A stretch of DNA of 64,000 nt. Origin: an uncultured virus (IMG/VR IMGVR_UViG_3300046832_003565). Its lineage: Duplodnaviria > Heunggongvirae > Uroviricota > Caudoviricetes. The position numbers and the translations under genes are program-made. The DNA lies in IMG/VR virus record IMGVR_UViG_3300046832_003565; one strand, 5' to 3'. The notes beneath the pieces are model-generated. The model worked only from the letters and a program-made list of their open reading frames with translations. It was not told the origin of the DNA and did no database searches. Of the stretch, positions 21,214 through 29,783 are shown piece by piece; position 1 is the stretch's first letter; each line of letters starts with the position of its first letter.

Positions 21214-21804
21214 ATGGAAAACCACACGCACAATCACACGCATAATCACACGCACATTCACATAAACGGTAATCATAATACTGTCAATGTAACTCAATCA
21301 AATGATGTTGTAAATCAATCAAATGATGTTTCAGGTGGAGTTGTAGGTTGTGGCGGTATTGGCTGTTTTTTTTGGATTTTTCTAATATTCTTAATAGGTT
21401 GTATTGCTCCTTTATGCAATAGGTCTTATCCATCTCAACAATCTGATAATCAAAAATGGTTTGAGCCTGTACACGGAAGTCATACAAATCAAATTAACTA
21501 CAGAAAATCTTGTCAATTGTGCAAAGATGAATTGTGTGATGATTATATTTTGAAAGAGCATATGGAGCCTACTCGGGGAGAATTACATTGGGGTAATTTT
21601 ATTACAAAAGAAAAAGAAAAATGTCCTATATGTAAGTTTAATTTAAAATTGAGTAAAACAGAACTTAAGAAAATATATTCTGAATCTATCAAATCTATTC
21701 AATATATACCAATATTTTTTGAAGAATACCCAATGATAGATAATGATATTCTTCCACATGGTTCAAAATCTGTTAATTGGATTAATAAAACTAAATCAAT
21801 TTAG
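21214..21804 (+). CDS. Membrane protein with His-rich N-terminus and CxxC motifs
   Basis: HTHNHTHNHTHIH, one TM segment, CQLC and CPIC. Confidence 0.6.
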   Translation: MENHTHNHTHNHTHIHINGNHNTVNVTQSNDVVNQSNDVSGGVVGCGGIGCFFWIFLIFLIGCIAPLCNRSYPSQQSDNQKWFEPVHGSHTNQINYRKSCQLCKDELCDDYILKEHMEPTRGELHWGNFITKEKEKCPICKFNLKLSKTELKKIYSESIKSIQYIPIFFEEYPMIDNDILPHGSKSVNWINKTKSI

Positions 21805-21838
21805 CATTGGTCGTGGGTTCGAATCCCACCCGACCCAT
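21804..21838 (+). repeat. 35-bp duplicate of the tRNA-Lys 3' half (att-like)
   Basis: GCATTGGTCGTGGGTTCGAATCCCACCCGACCCAT identical to 20509-20543. Confidence 0.9.
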
Positions 21839-21946
21839 TTTTCACTTGGTTCTTTACTCCTTTCTACCAAGTGAAAATCAATCCCCTTCTCCGACAAGAA
21901 GGGGATTCTTATTTGCATTATATATAACAGATGATATAATGTAAAC

Positions 21947-22441
21947 ATGGAAAACATCATTATTGCTCCCACTTACGATGTCAATGTTAAGTTTAGTTGG
22001 AAATATCCCGGTAAGCCAATTATAAATGTTGAAAAGCAAGGTTATGTCCAAACAACTAATACCGAAGATAAATTGATTGCTGAAGAATTCATCAATACAT
22101 TTATTGGAAATTACGAGGTTGGTATTTGTGAAGTGACAGAGATGAATATTCTATCGCTTAAGAGAATAAAAACCTATGATGAGTGGATAGAAAAATATAA
22201 ACCAATTAAGAACGAATTTGAAGAATATGGTTCTTTTGAGGGATGTACTTTCGATTACACTGAAGAAGACCAATGGGAATTTGTCAAGAATCAAAATCCA
22301 GCAAATGTTTGGACAATGGTGTGGGCTGAAGATACTCATGCTATCATTCCCGGTTTCCATTGGGTAAATAGAGATAGTTATTTTGTCACTGAGAAATCTG
22401 TTGAAAAAGAAGACTTGTCAAGTGAATATTTGGTGATATAA
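21947..22441 (+). CDS. Hypothetical phage protein, leaderless
   Basis: VWT..I.PGFHWVNR..Y.VTE C-terminal block; TATAAT 6 nt before ATG. Confidence 0.7.
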   Translation: MENIIIAPTYDVNVKFSWKYPGKPIINVEKQGYVQTTNTEDKLIAEEFINTFIGNYEVGICEVTEMNILSLKRIKTYDEWIEKYKPIKNEFEEYGSFEGCTFDYTEEDQWEFVKNQNPANVWTMVWAEDTHAIIPGFHWVNRDSYFVTEKSVEKEDLSSEYLVI

Positions 22442-22447
22442 TAATTT

Positions 22448-22512
22448 CACAAGGTCGCTCATAACCTTGTGTTTACTCCCTCTTCTCGCTCATAGGAAGA
22501 GGGATTTTTTTT
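22448..22512 (+). ncRNA. Candidate two-hairpin small RNA
   Basis: TTGTCA/TGnTATAAT promoter, two stems each displaying TCGCTCATA, T-run end. Confidence 0.55.
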
Positions 22513-22633
22513 GCTCATTCTGTTATTTAGCGTAAAAAAACTTTACGCTAAGACATGCTTTCTATCAAAAATAAATATATCACTTGACATTACACTAAAC
22601 TTGCAATATACTTAATACAAGTGAGATTTTTCG

Positions 22634-22780
22634 ATGATGAAGACCAAGATTTTTTTATTTTTTGAGATGGCGTATATCGCAATCTATTTATTAGTAGCAG
22701 TTTTGGCAGGGATAGTATTGTATCCTTTGTCATTTCTGCTTAAAAAGAATCATTATGAAGAAAATGGATATGATTTATGA
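22634..22780 (+). CDS. Small membrane protein (48 aa, not in ORF track)
   Basis: MMKTKIFLFFEMAYIAIYLLVAVLAGIVLYP; ATGA-coupled to 22777. Confidence 0.5.
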   Translation: MMKTKIFLFFEMAYIAIYLLVAVLAGIVLYPLSFLLKKNHYEENGYDL

Positions 22781-23007
22781 AACACGTACTGTATGAAGTG
22801 ACAGATAATTTCGATATTATCATAAAATTGACTTTTGAAAACTATACATATCTTAATGCATTTATTGAACAACATACAAATGACAAGAAGTATGAGCCAA
22901 AGTTTCTTGTTCTTGAAATTAATGATGAAGGCGATATTGATTTTATTAGAACATACAATGGAACTAAAGAAATTTCGAAAAGATATGTTGTTGAATTCAT
23001 AGATTAG
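22777..23007 (+). CDS. Hypothetical protein
   Basis: 76-aa ORF in the same transcription unit. Confidence 0.55.
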   Translation: MKHVLYEVTDNFDIIIKLTFENYTYLNAFIEQHTNDKKYEPKFLVLEINDEGDIDFIRTYNGTKEISKRYVVEFID

Positions 23008-23140
23008 TGATAACATAAGAGTGTTCAAGATGACTACAGCATTGAGAACAAAATCCAGAATGTGGTGATTCTGGAACAATGTGTGAAGAATGTTTTTATC
23101 TCCTAACTGTGTTCGTTCCGTCAGCATTCTTCACACATTT

Positions 23141-23207
23141 GGGTGGTTAGCTTAAGTAGAGCAGAGGACATAAACCTTTGATATAGGTGCAAATCCTATA
23201 CCACCTA
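23141..23207 (+). tRNA. Atypical tRNA-like element, anticodon unclear
   Basis: GGGTGGT/ACCACCT acceptor, 5-nt D-loop, AGAGG-ACATAAA-CCTTT arm, ATAGG-TGCAAAT-CCTAT T-arm. Confidence 0.55.
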
Positions 23208-23214
23208 TTGGTTA

Positions 23215-23287
23215 GGGCGATTAGCTTAATGGTTAAAGCAGGGGACTCATAATCCCTTGAGTGGGGGTTCGAGTCCCTCATCGCCCA
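23215..23287 (+). tRNA. tRNA with CAT anticodon (Ile2 or elongator Met)
   Basis: GGGCGAT/ATCGCCC acceptor, GGGGA-CTCATAA-TCCCT arm, TTCGAGT T-loop; paired 1:72 argues against the initiator. Confidence 0.9.
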
Positions 23288-23536
23288 TTGTTTGTGTTTG
23301 TTTGGTTGTTATGTGTCCTCTTTCACCCTTCTTGAATAAAATCAGGGAGGGTTTTTTTTGCTCAAAATTATTCTTAGACTTATTTCAATAAGTCTAATAT
23401 CTCATTGCGTCTTAAAATAATAATAATTACTAGGTTTTTGTGTAAAAACTTGCCTATACATACACGCAGAAGGTATACTAGTGTCATAAGGGATTGAGAA
23501 ACCTTATAAAAACAATATACTCTAGAAAGAAAAGTC

Positions 23537-23890
23537 ATGTCTATTACATTAATTGGTAAAGACACACAAGAAAAAAAGAGACGAGGTAACCCTGATTGGG
23601 GTTATGTAATGCCCTATGACGAGGCACGTAATGTAGTGTCAAAAATGGGTTTCAAAAATCTTTCCGAATATCGTGAATGGATTGAACAAGAACACCCTGA
23701 AGGATTTAGTGTAAATCCTTACGCTATTTACAAGTATCGTAATGAATGGGTATCTGCTCGTCATTTTCTTGGTAAGACTGATTGTACTACAAACACCAAG
23801 CTTGTTGCAAGAGAAGATGAAGGCATTGTGGAAAAATTCTCTTTTGCAAAAATTCGCTCAATAATAATGCAAATAATACATCCCAAATAG
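23537..23890 (+). CDS. Integrase-repeat (INT_rpt-like) domain protein
   Basis: YDEARNVVSKMGFKNLSEYREW..P..NPY..Y..EW..FLG pattern. Confidence 0.65.
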   Translation: MSITLIGKDTQEKKRRGNPDWGYVMPYDEARNVVSKMGFKNLSEYREWIEQEHPEGFSVNPYAIYKYRNEWVSARHFLGKTDCTTNTKLVAREDEGIVEKFSFAKIRSIIMQIIHPK

Positions 23891-24107
23891 AAGCATAGAG
23901 AAGAGGGCGAAAGCCCTCTTTTTATGTTTAATGTGCCAGCTGCAAATATTTGACAAGAATATTTTCTAGAGATAAAAATATATCTCTAAAATATGGAATG
24001 AGCAAATTTTTAGTTATTTTTAGTCATTTACCGTATTTTACTTGCACAGTTAGTGGAACTAGTGTATTATCTAAGTGTTAGTTATCACCTTTGTTTAGGA
24101 GACTGAG

Positions 24108-24647
24108 ATGCCAGCAATAACACTTACAAAACCAGAGACCTTTTCTCTTCCAAACCTTACATCGCCAATCGTTTCCCGTCCAAGCAAGATTAGAGTCAAA
24201 ACTGTAATGGCTGACTATGATACTGTGAAGAGTATGATTGCACCACTAGAACTTGGTTCTATGCGCGAGTACCAAGAATACATCGTGGCGAACAATCTCA
24301 CTGATATATTCCCTAAGAATCCACAAGCTGTTTACAACAATGTTTGGGTCAATACTAAGGATTTCTTGTCAATGGCTCAAGAACGCATTGATGCTCGCAA
24401 TCTTGCACGTAGCAAGAAAGCAGTTGCTGTTCGTCTTGAGAAAAAAGCATTACGCAAAGCAGAGGCAATGGTTCAACCTAAGATTGAAATGCCTAAGACC
24501 AATGTAGTCACGCCAAATGCAGTGAATACAATCACTCAACTTATTGACTTGGGTGTGCCAGTCAATCTTGTAGAATCTGTATTCAAGTCGATGGATTTGT
24601 CAATAGCAGAACTCAAAGACTGTGTTATCTATCTACTGAATAAGTAA
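24108..24647 (+). CDS. Integrase-repeat-like domain protein (paralog)
   Basis: YDTVK..LGSMREYQEY..PKNPQAVY..W..DFL. Confidence 0.6.
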   Translation: MPAITLTKPETFSLPNLTSPIVSRPSKIRVKTVMADYDTVKSMIAPLELGSMREYQEYIVANNLTDIFPKNPQAVYNNVWVNTKDFLSMAQERIDARNLARSKKAVAVRLEKKALRKAEAMVQPKIEMPKTNVVTPNAVNTITQLIDLGVPVNLVESVFKSMDLSIAELKDCVIYLLNK

Positions 24648-24833
24648 GATAACTAGTTCGCAACTAAGGACGCAGAAATGCGTTCTTTTTTTTTGCTCAA
24701 AACCAAACTCAGGGGTATGCTCATACCCCTGAAATACTTAAATGTCAAATAAAAATAATCCTTGACAACCCTAAAAAAAATTGATAATATATAGACATCA
24801 AAAGGGTAACACCTTAAGGAAAGAAAAAGTAAG

Positions 24834-25391
24834 ATGCCGATTTTCAATACCATGTCAAAATTCAATGTTTTGACACCAACACAAACAGTGTCACCTAAAA
24901 TTGTTGATTCTATCAATGTTAATGTGGTTGAAGAAACCAAGACTGAACTGGAAAAGATTGTATCCAAAGTTTATTCACTTGATACTATCACACAAGCACA
25001 ATACTCGAACCTTAAGAGTTCAGCAAAAGTAGAATATATTCGTGAGCGAGTTTTGGCATACAACTCTATGCATCCTGAAACTCAAATCAATTCTTTGGAC
25101 AAGTATTTCGCATTTGTTCAAGAGAACAACCTTTTCTGGATGAAGAATCCACAAGGGTCAAACTACCCTAAGTTTTCCACATATTGGTTTTTTGGCAAGC
25201 AACGCAATCAATCTTCCCCATCTGTTCCTAAAGTGGAAGCAGTCACTGTTACAGAAGGTACATCAATAAATGATGTCATTATGTTCTTGCGTAACCGTGG
25301 TGTATCTCTCAATAAGATTAAGTCATTGGATATGAATTTCCAATCTGATAAAGAAGAGCTTGTATATCTTCGTATGCTTCTTGCAGGCTAA
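24834..25391 (+). CDS. Divergent paralog of 24108..24647
   Basis: INSLDKYFAF..KNPQ..WFFG and similar C-terminal GV..L..MD helical region. Confidence 0.55.
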   Translation: MPIFNTMSKFNVLTPTQTVSPKIVDSINVNVVEETKTELEKIVSKVYSLDTITQAQYSNLKSSAKVEYIRERVLAYNSMHPETQINSLDKYFAFVQENNLFWMKNPQGSNYPKFSTYWFFGKQRNQSSPSVPKVEAVTVTEGTSINDVIMFLRNRGVSLNKIKSLDMNFQSDKEELVYLRMLLAG

Positions 25392-25555
25392 AATATCTTA
25401 TAATCTATTGTATCCCCTTCTTGCAAGGGGATATTTTTTTGCCATTACTCAAATCTAGGGTAAAAAAATCTTTACCCTATGTTGACAAATGAGCAAATGT
25501 ATTTCATAATATTTTTGCACAGGGAAACTTGTAGTATTTGTTTGTAGAGAATATT

Positions 25556-25777
25556 ATGAAAAAGATTAATTTATCTGATTTCAAAAAGATGGTAGATGCT
25601 GAATCATTCAGTATCATTTCCCGCGCCTTGAAGAGCAACAATGTAGATTCATTACAGCTCCGAAAAACGAGCGTAAATATCCAGGCTATTGTTCGAAATC
25701 TCCCAGACCATGAAGTAAAAAACAAGTTTGTCAAATGGGCATCTGGATATGATTTCGCCATTATAGATGTGATATAA
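25556..25777 (+). CDS. Hypothetical protein
   Basis: Start moved to MKKINL. Confidence 0.55.
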   Translation: MKKINLSDFKKMVDAESFSIISRALKSNNVDSLQLRKTSVNIQAIVRNLPDHEVKNKFVKWASGYDFAIIDVI

Positions 25778-25784
25778 TCCATGT

Positions 25785-26108
25785 ATGGAATTATCACTTC
25801 AGGATGTTAAAATACATCACAAGCTCTGTCAAGAAACATTAGCATTTTCAGCCGTTTTACTCATAGATGAAATTCCATTTGCACGAGTAAGTAATTTTGG
25901 TAATGGTGGTTCTCATACATTCATTCCTGTAAATGATGATGCATATAATTACCATGAGATAAGAAAACAAATCAATGAAATGGAAGAATATCTCAGCAAA
26001 GAGCCAAAATGGTATGACAGAGAAAATGGTGGATACCTTGATTACAATCTCGAAATCGCCATAAATGAAATGGTAATTGCAAAATATGAATCCTTTACAG
26101 AAATGTAA
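25785..26108 (+). CDS. Hypothetical phage protein
   Basis: ET.AFSA..VSN.G.GG block common in phage early proteins. Confidence 0.65.
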   Translation: MELSLQDVKIHHKLCQETLAFSAVLLIDEIPFARVSNFGNGGSHTFIPVNDDAYNYHEIRKQINEMEEYLSKEPKWYDRENGGYLDYNLEIAINEMVIAKYESFTEM

Positions 26109-26167
26109 GGGATTTCTTGCTTTTAATTTGATTTCATGTTATATTATATATGCAAGGAGATAGTGTA

Positions 26168-26515
26168 ATGGGACTTGATAATATTTGGAAAAAGAGCAAA
26201 GAAGAAAACGGATTTGTTGAAGGCGATTTCAAAATCTGTGGCGGTATGTTTTCTGGTTCTGGAAACGATTCATTTCGTGGCAAAGTTTACGACCGCTTTG
26301 TAGAAGATGTCACTGGTGTTTCTCTATATGGCGACCCAGAAACATTTGAAATCTCAAACGAAACTATTATGCAGATGGCAACTGACTTGGAAGAAACAGA
26401 ATGGCGAGATTCTTACATTCAAAACTATGATATTGAAGAAGAAGAATTTAAAGACTTGGTCAAAATGTTTCGTCTTCATGCCGATGCTGGTCACTATCTG
26501 TTAGCGTGGTATTAA
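26168..26515 (+). CDS. Hypothetical phage protein
   Basis: AGGAG RBS, MGLD start, FRGKVY..VTGVSLY. Confidence 0.7.
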   Translation: MGLDNIWKKSKEENGFVEGDFKICGGMFSGSGNDSFRGKVYDRFVEDVTGVSLYGDPETFEISNETIMQMATDLEETEWRDSYIQNYDIEEEEFKDLVKMFRLHADAGHYLLAWY

Positions 26516-26829
26516 TGAAAACTTGGCAAAGAGTTAAGCTTAAACTCAAGAAAAAAGCACCACTGGCTTGTTTATGGCATGACTGTGATTCAGCATTAAT
26601 TTCCACTGCTCGCATTCGCAGAGAAAAAGACTGGGTCACTGTCGCTGTATACGATTATGAATCTTTAGTTTATCATTTCTACGAAGATTTTAAAATTACA
26701 AGTGAAGATGAAGAATTTGATATTTATGAGCAAGCTGTAGATTTTGTTCATTTTAATATTATTGGTGCATACATTGGGAAACGCACCCCAATATATTGGA
26801 GCGAAGGCAAAAATTACAATCCTTGGTAA
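26515..26829 (+). CDS. Hypothetical phage protein
   Basis: VAVYDY..FNIIGAYIG..TP block; TAATG coupling. Confidence 0.65.
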   Translation: MKTWQRVKLKLKKKAPLACLWHDCDSALISTARIRREKDWVTVAVYDYESLVYHFYEDFKITSEDEEFDIYEQAVDFVHFNIIGAYIGKRTPIYWSEGKNYNPW

Positions 26830-26930
26830 AAACTTTTGGAGAAAATATTCTCCAGAGGTTTTTTTACAACCTCTGATTTTTATTTTTGTCAAATATTTGC
26901 ATTTTACCAATAATAAGATATAATTAGGGT

Positions 26931-27059
26931 ATGAACACAAGAACAATCACAAAACTCGTTCTGGCAGTAGTTTTCCTTGCTATTTTGGGCATCGTTGGTC
27001 GCAATGATTATAATGATAAAATGGAAGAACTTGGACACAGTGAGTTGAAGGCAAAGTAA
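26931..27059 (+). CDS. Small membrane protein (42 aa, leaderless, not in ORF track)
   Basis: MNTRTITKLVLAVVFLAILGIVGRNDY; TATAAT 6 nt before ATG. Confidence 0.55.
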   Translation: MNTRTITKLVLAVVFLAILGIVGRNDYNDKMEELGHSELKAK

Positions 27060-27298
27060 TGGATATTGAAGTTACGATTGGTGATATTGAGAATATTTTA
27101 TTAGCGCATAAAACTTTGCTGCCGCGTGATGTTATTGAGAAGCTTTATGATGAGTATGCAGATATTTTCAATGAAATTATAGCCAATGCAAAAGATTGCA
27201 CTGATGACAAAGAGAAGCAATGGCAGTTTGTTTATTCTACTATAGAAAGAATGATGATACTTGATGGACTCTACATTACAGAACCCTCAGTCTATTGA
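27059..27298 (+). CDS. Hypothetical protein
   Basis: TAATG-coupled ORF. Confidence 0.55.
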   Translation: MDIEVTIGDIENILLAHKTLLPRDVIEKLYDEYADIFNEIIANAKDCTDDKEKQWQFVYSTIERMMILDGLYITEPSVY

Positions 27299-27539
27299 TT
27301 TGCGCAAGACATTTAGTAGGATTGTATATTTTATCGACCAAATGAATCAAGGTAAATCTAGGTCAGCTGTATTACGAGAATTAGAATTCACAGAGGCTGA
27401 ATTTCAGTTGCTCTTGGACAGTATTCATTATATCTCCAGGCTGCAAGACAATGATGCAAATATTTTGTTTCCAGGCGGAGAAATCCCATTTGGTGGTATT
27501 TCTATTTATCAATCAGAGAAGAAACTTCTTACGTTATAG
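27264..27539 (+). CDS. Hypothetical protein
   Basis: ORF in a + strand run. Confidence 0.5.
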   Translation: MDSTLQNPQSIDLRKTFSRIVYFIDQMNQGKSRSAVLRELEFTEAEFQLLLDSIHYISRLQDNDANILFPGGEIPFGGISIYQSEKKLLTL

Positions 27540-27573
27540 TTCCCATCGCGTGTAAGTGATGTATAATGTTAAG

Positions 27574-27642
27574 ATAAGTCGATTCCCCTTCATGACTTAT
27601 AGCCGAAAAGATAGACAAGACCTCCGCTTGTCTATCTTTTTA
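27574..27642 (+). ncRNA. Candidate small RNA with ACCTCC loop
   Basis: TATAAT at 27562; ATAAGTC/GACTTAT stem, then a 14-bp stem with loop ACCTCCG and T-run. Confidence 0.55.
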
Positions 27643-27777
27643 ATTTCACATGAGAGATCTTTATGAAAAAAATAATTTGCTCAAAATGTAACTCAGAGAT
27701 ATAAAGTAATATCTCTGATAAATGTTTATATCAAATATTTGCTATTTAGTCGAAAGTGTGTTACAATGCCCTCAGTA

Positions 27778-28437
27778 ATGAATAAACAGCTTGCCAGTGT
27801 GGTGATTCCTTTTATAGAATCAAGGTTTCTGCAAGTGGCACAGCTTGAAGGTGACATTACATTTTTCCCCTTAAAAAAAGAAAATCATTTACAGGTTATC
27901 ACAGACAAGGATAAATCTAGTAAGTTTGGTGAAGTTTTCACTCCCCTATGGCTAGTGGATGAAATGATAACCCGTGTATCTGATTATGACTGGAAAAATC
28001 CCAACATAACCACATTAGATTTGTGTGCAGGCTATGGGCAATTTACAGTTAGAATGCTTCGGAAGAAGTTTTCTGTACTAGGTGATGACTTTGATGTATA
28101 TAAGTTTTTAAAATCATACCCTGATGAGATTCGCAAGAAACCTGCTACGCATTCTTTTAGCGAATTACAGTTATCATCTGCGTACAAATTATTATTTATA
28201 TTTGGAACAAGAATTAATCTTTTCATAGGTGATTCACGTATGTTGAAAAATCTTCCAGAAGGTGCTAAGGGTATTTGGTATTATTGCACTAAATCAAAAA
28301 ATTGGATAGAATGTACTGACAAGGCAATTGAATGGGTTGGTTCTCCTAGCAGATATAATATCAAAAGAGAGATTAAGTTTGTTGATTTGTTCACGCAGGA
28401 GTTTATAACAGATGTCAATTCTGAAACAGAAGTTTGA
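27778..28437 (+). CDS. N-terminal (SAM-binding) part of an amino-methyltransferase
   Basis: FGEVFTP (motif X) and LDLCAGYGQF (motif I); no NPPY/DPPY motif IV. Confidence 0.75.
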   Translation: MNKQLASVVIPFIESRFLQVAQLEGDITFFPLKKENHLQVITDKDKSSKFGEVFTPLWLVDEMITRVSDYDWKNPNITTLDLCAGYGQFTVRMLRKKFSVLGDDFDVYKFLKSYPDEIRKKPATHSFSELQLSSAYKLLFIFGTRINLFIGDSRMLKNLPEGAKGIWYYCTKSKNWIECTDKAIEWVGSPSRYNIKREIKFVDLFTQEFITDVNSETEV

Positions 28438-28774
28438 TGAAAATTTACTGCAAGACAAAGACTTTCGCCAAATATTTTTTGACCGATTGACAAAGTTGCA
28501 AAACATTTGGCAAAAGCATCGTACACCTGAAGACATTACACGGAAGATGACTGCTAAAACAGATTTAGCAAATAAGATGATTTGTGTTATTTTCAACATG
28601 GAATTGGTTGAACAATTAATAGTTGAAGATGGTGTACCGCCACAAAATATTCGTTTCATAGCAGACAACCCACAAGAAGCTTTGTTCGCTGATAAAGTAT
28701 ATGGTGTTATTTCAAAGTATGTCAGTGAAACAGATGGCATTAAAGGTATCCGAAAGGCGATGGAAGAATTCTAA
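28412..28774 (+). CDS. Hypothetical protein coupled to the MTase catalytic part
   Basis: TAATG overlap with 28774; TPEDITRKM resembles a degenerate motif X. Confidence 0.55.
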   Translation: MSILKQKFDENLLQDKDFRQIFFDRLTKLQNIWQKHRTPEDITRKMTAKTDLANKMICVIFNMELVEQLIVEDGVPPQNIRFIADNPQEALFADKVYGVISKYVSETDGIKGIRKAMEEF

Positions 28775-29658
28775 TGAAATTTGATTTGGTAATAACAAAC
28801 CCACCTTACAACAATTACATTGATTTGAACATCTTGGAATCTTTGCACGATATATCAAATGAATTTATTGTGATTCACCCATGCCCGTATTTGATGAAGA
28901 ACACTTTTGATACTAACGACACATTGAAAGAATTTATAAATAGAACATCTGGCACAGTCAAGTCTATTGAATTCTTGGATGGCTGGGATACATTTGCAAT
29001 TGAAAACCCATCTCCTTGTGTTATCATTCATTATAACAAGAAGCTTGTAACAGATTGCGATGTATCATTCACTCAAGATAATTTTTTCGGTTATAAATCT
29101 GTTCCCTACAAAGTAAAATCATTATTAGATATCTCTTATTTTGGTGAAAGTTACGAAACAATCGTAAAGCCTTTTGAGAAAATAATATCTGCTCACATTG
29201 CCATAAACGGTTCTATTTTAAGCACAAAGATTTCCAACCCGAAAAATCTAAACCCAAGTGCATTTCATTGTCAATTGCCATCAATCATTGGTCATACAAA
29301 TACAGCAAAGAAATTCACAAAGTTTTTCATGAATGATTTCTTTGCATTCATGCCTAAGAATGGAACATTTCTTCCCGAAGTGTTAGCAGATGGCACTTTC
29401 AAACCAACACGTAAAAATAACTGGGAATTTGCAACATCGCAAGAACGTGATAACTTTGTATCATTCCTGAAAACAGATTTTGCAAGATTTTGTCTCGCGT
29501 TACGAAAGTTCAATAAAAATCTTTCTGATGGATTCTTCAACATGGTTCCTAACATGGATTGGAACAGAGCTTGGACAGATGATGATTTGTTCAATCATTT
29601 CAATCTTGACCAGAACACTAGACAATTCATTCTAGATTTCATCCCCGACTTTCACTAG
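28774..29658 (+). CDS. Amino-methyltransferase catalytic/TRD part (Eco57I-like)
   Basis: Starts KFDLVITNPPY (motif IV); C-terminal F..VP..DW..WTDDDL..F.L typical of type IIG-like TRD ends. Confidence 0.8.
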   Translation: MKFDLVITNPPYNNYIDLNILESLHDISNEFIVIHPCPYLMKNTFDTNDTLKEFINRTSGTVKSIEFLDGWDTFAIENPSPCVIIHYNKKLVTDCDVSFTQDNFFGYKSVPYKVKSLLDISYFGESYETIVKPFEKIISAHIAINGSILSTKISNPKNLNPSAFHCQLPSIIGHTNTAKKFTKFFMNDFFAFMPKNGTFLPEVLADGTFKPTRKNNWEFATSQERDNFVSFLKTDFARFCLALRKFNKNLSDGFFNMVPNMDWNRAWTDDDLFNHFNLDQNTRQFILDFIPDFH

Positions 29659-29783
29659 TCGGGATTTTTTTTGACAAATGATGAAATCAGGGGTATGAGC
29701 ATACCCCTGCAATATGGATTTAGCAAATATTTTATCTGATATTAATGCTTGCACTAAATCTGCCCATAAAGTATACTGGTGAT

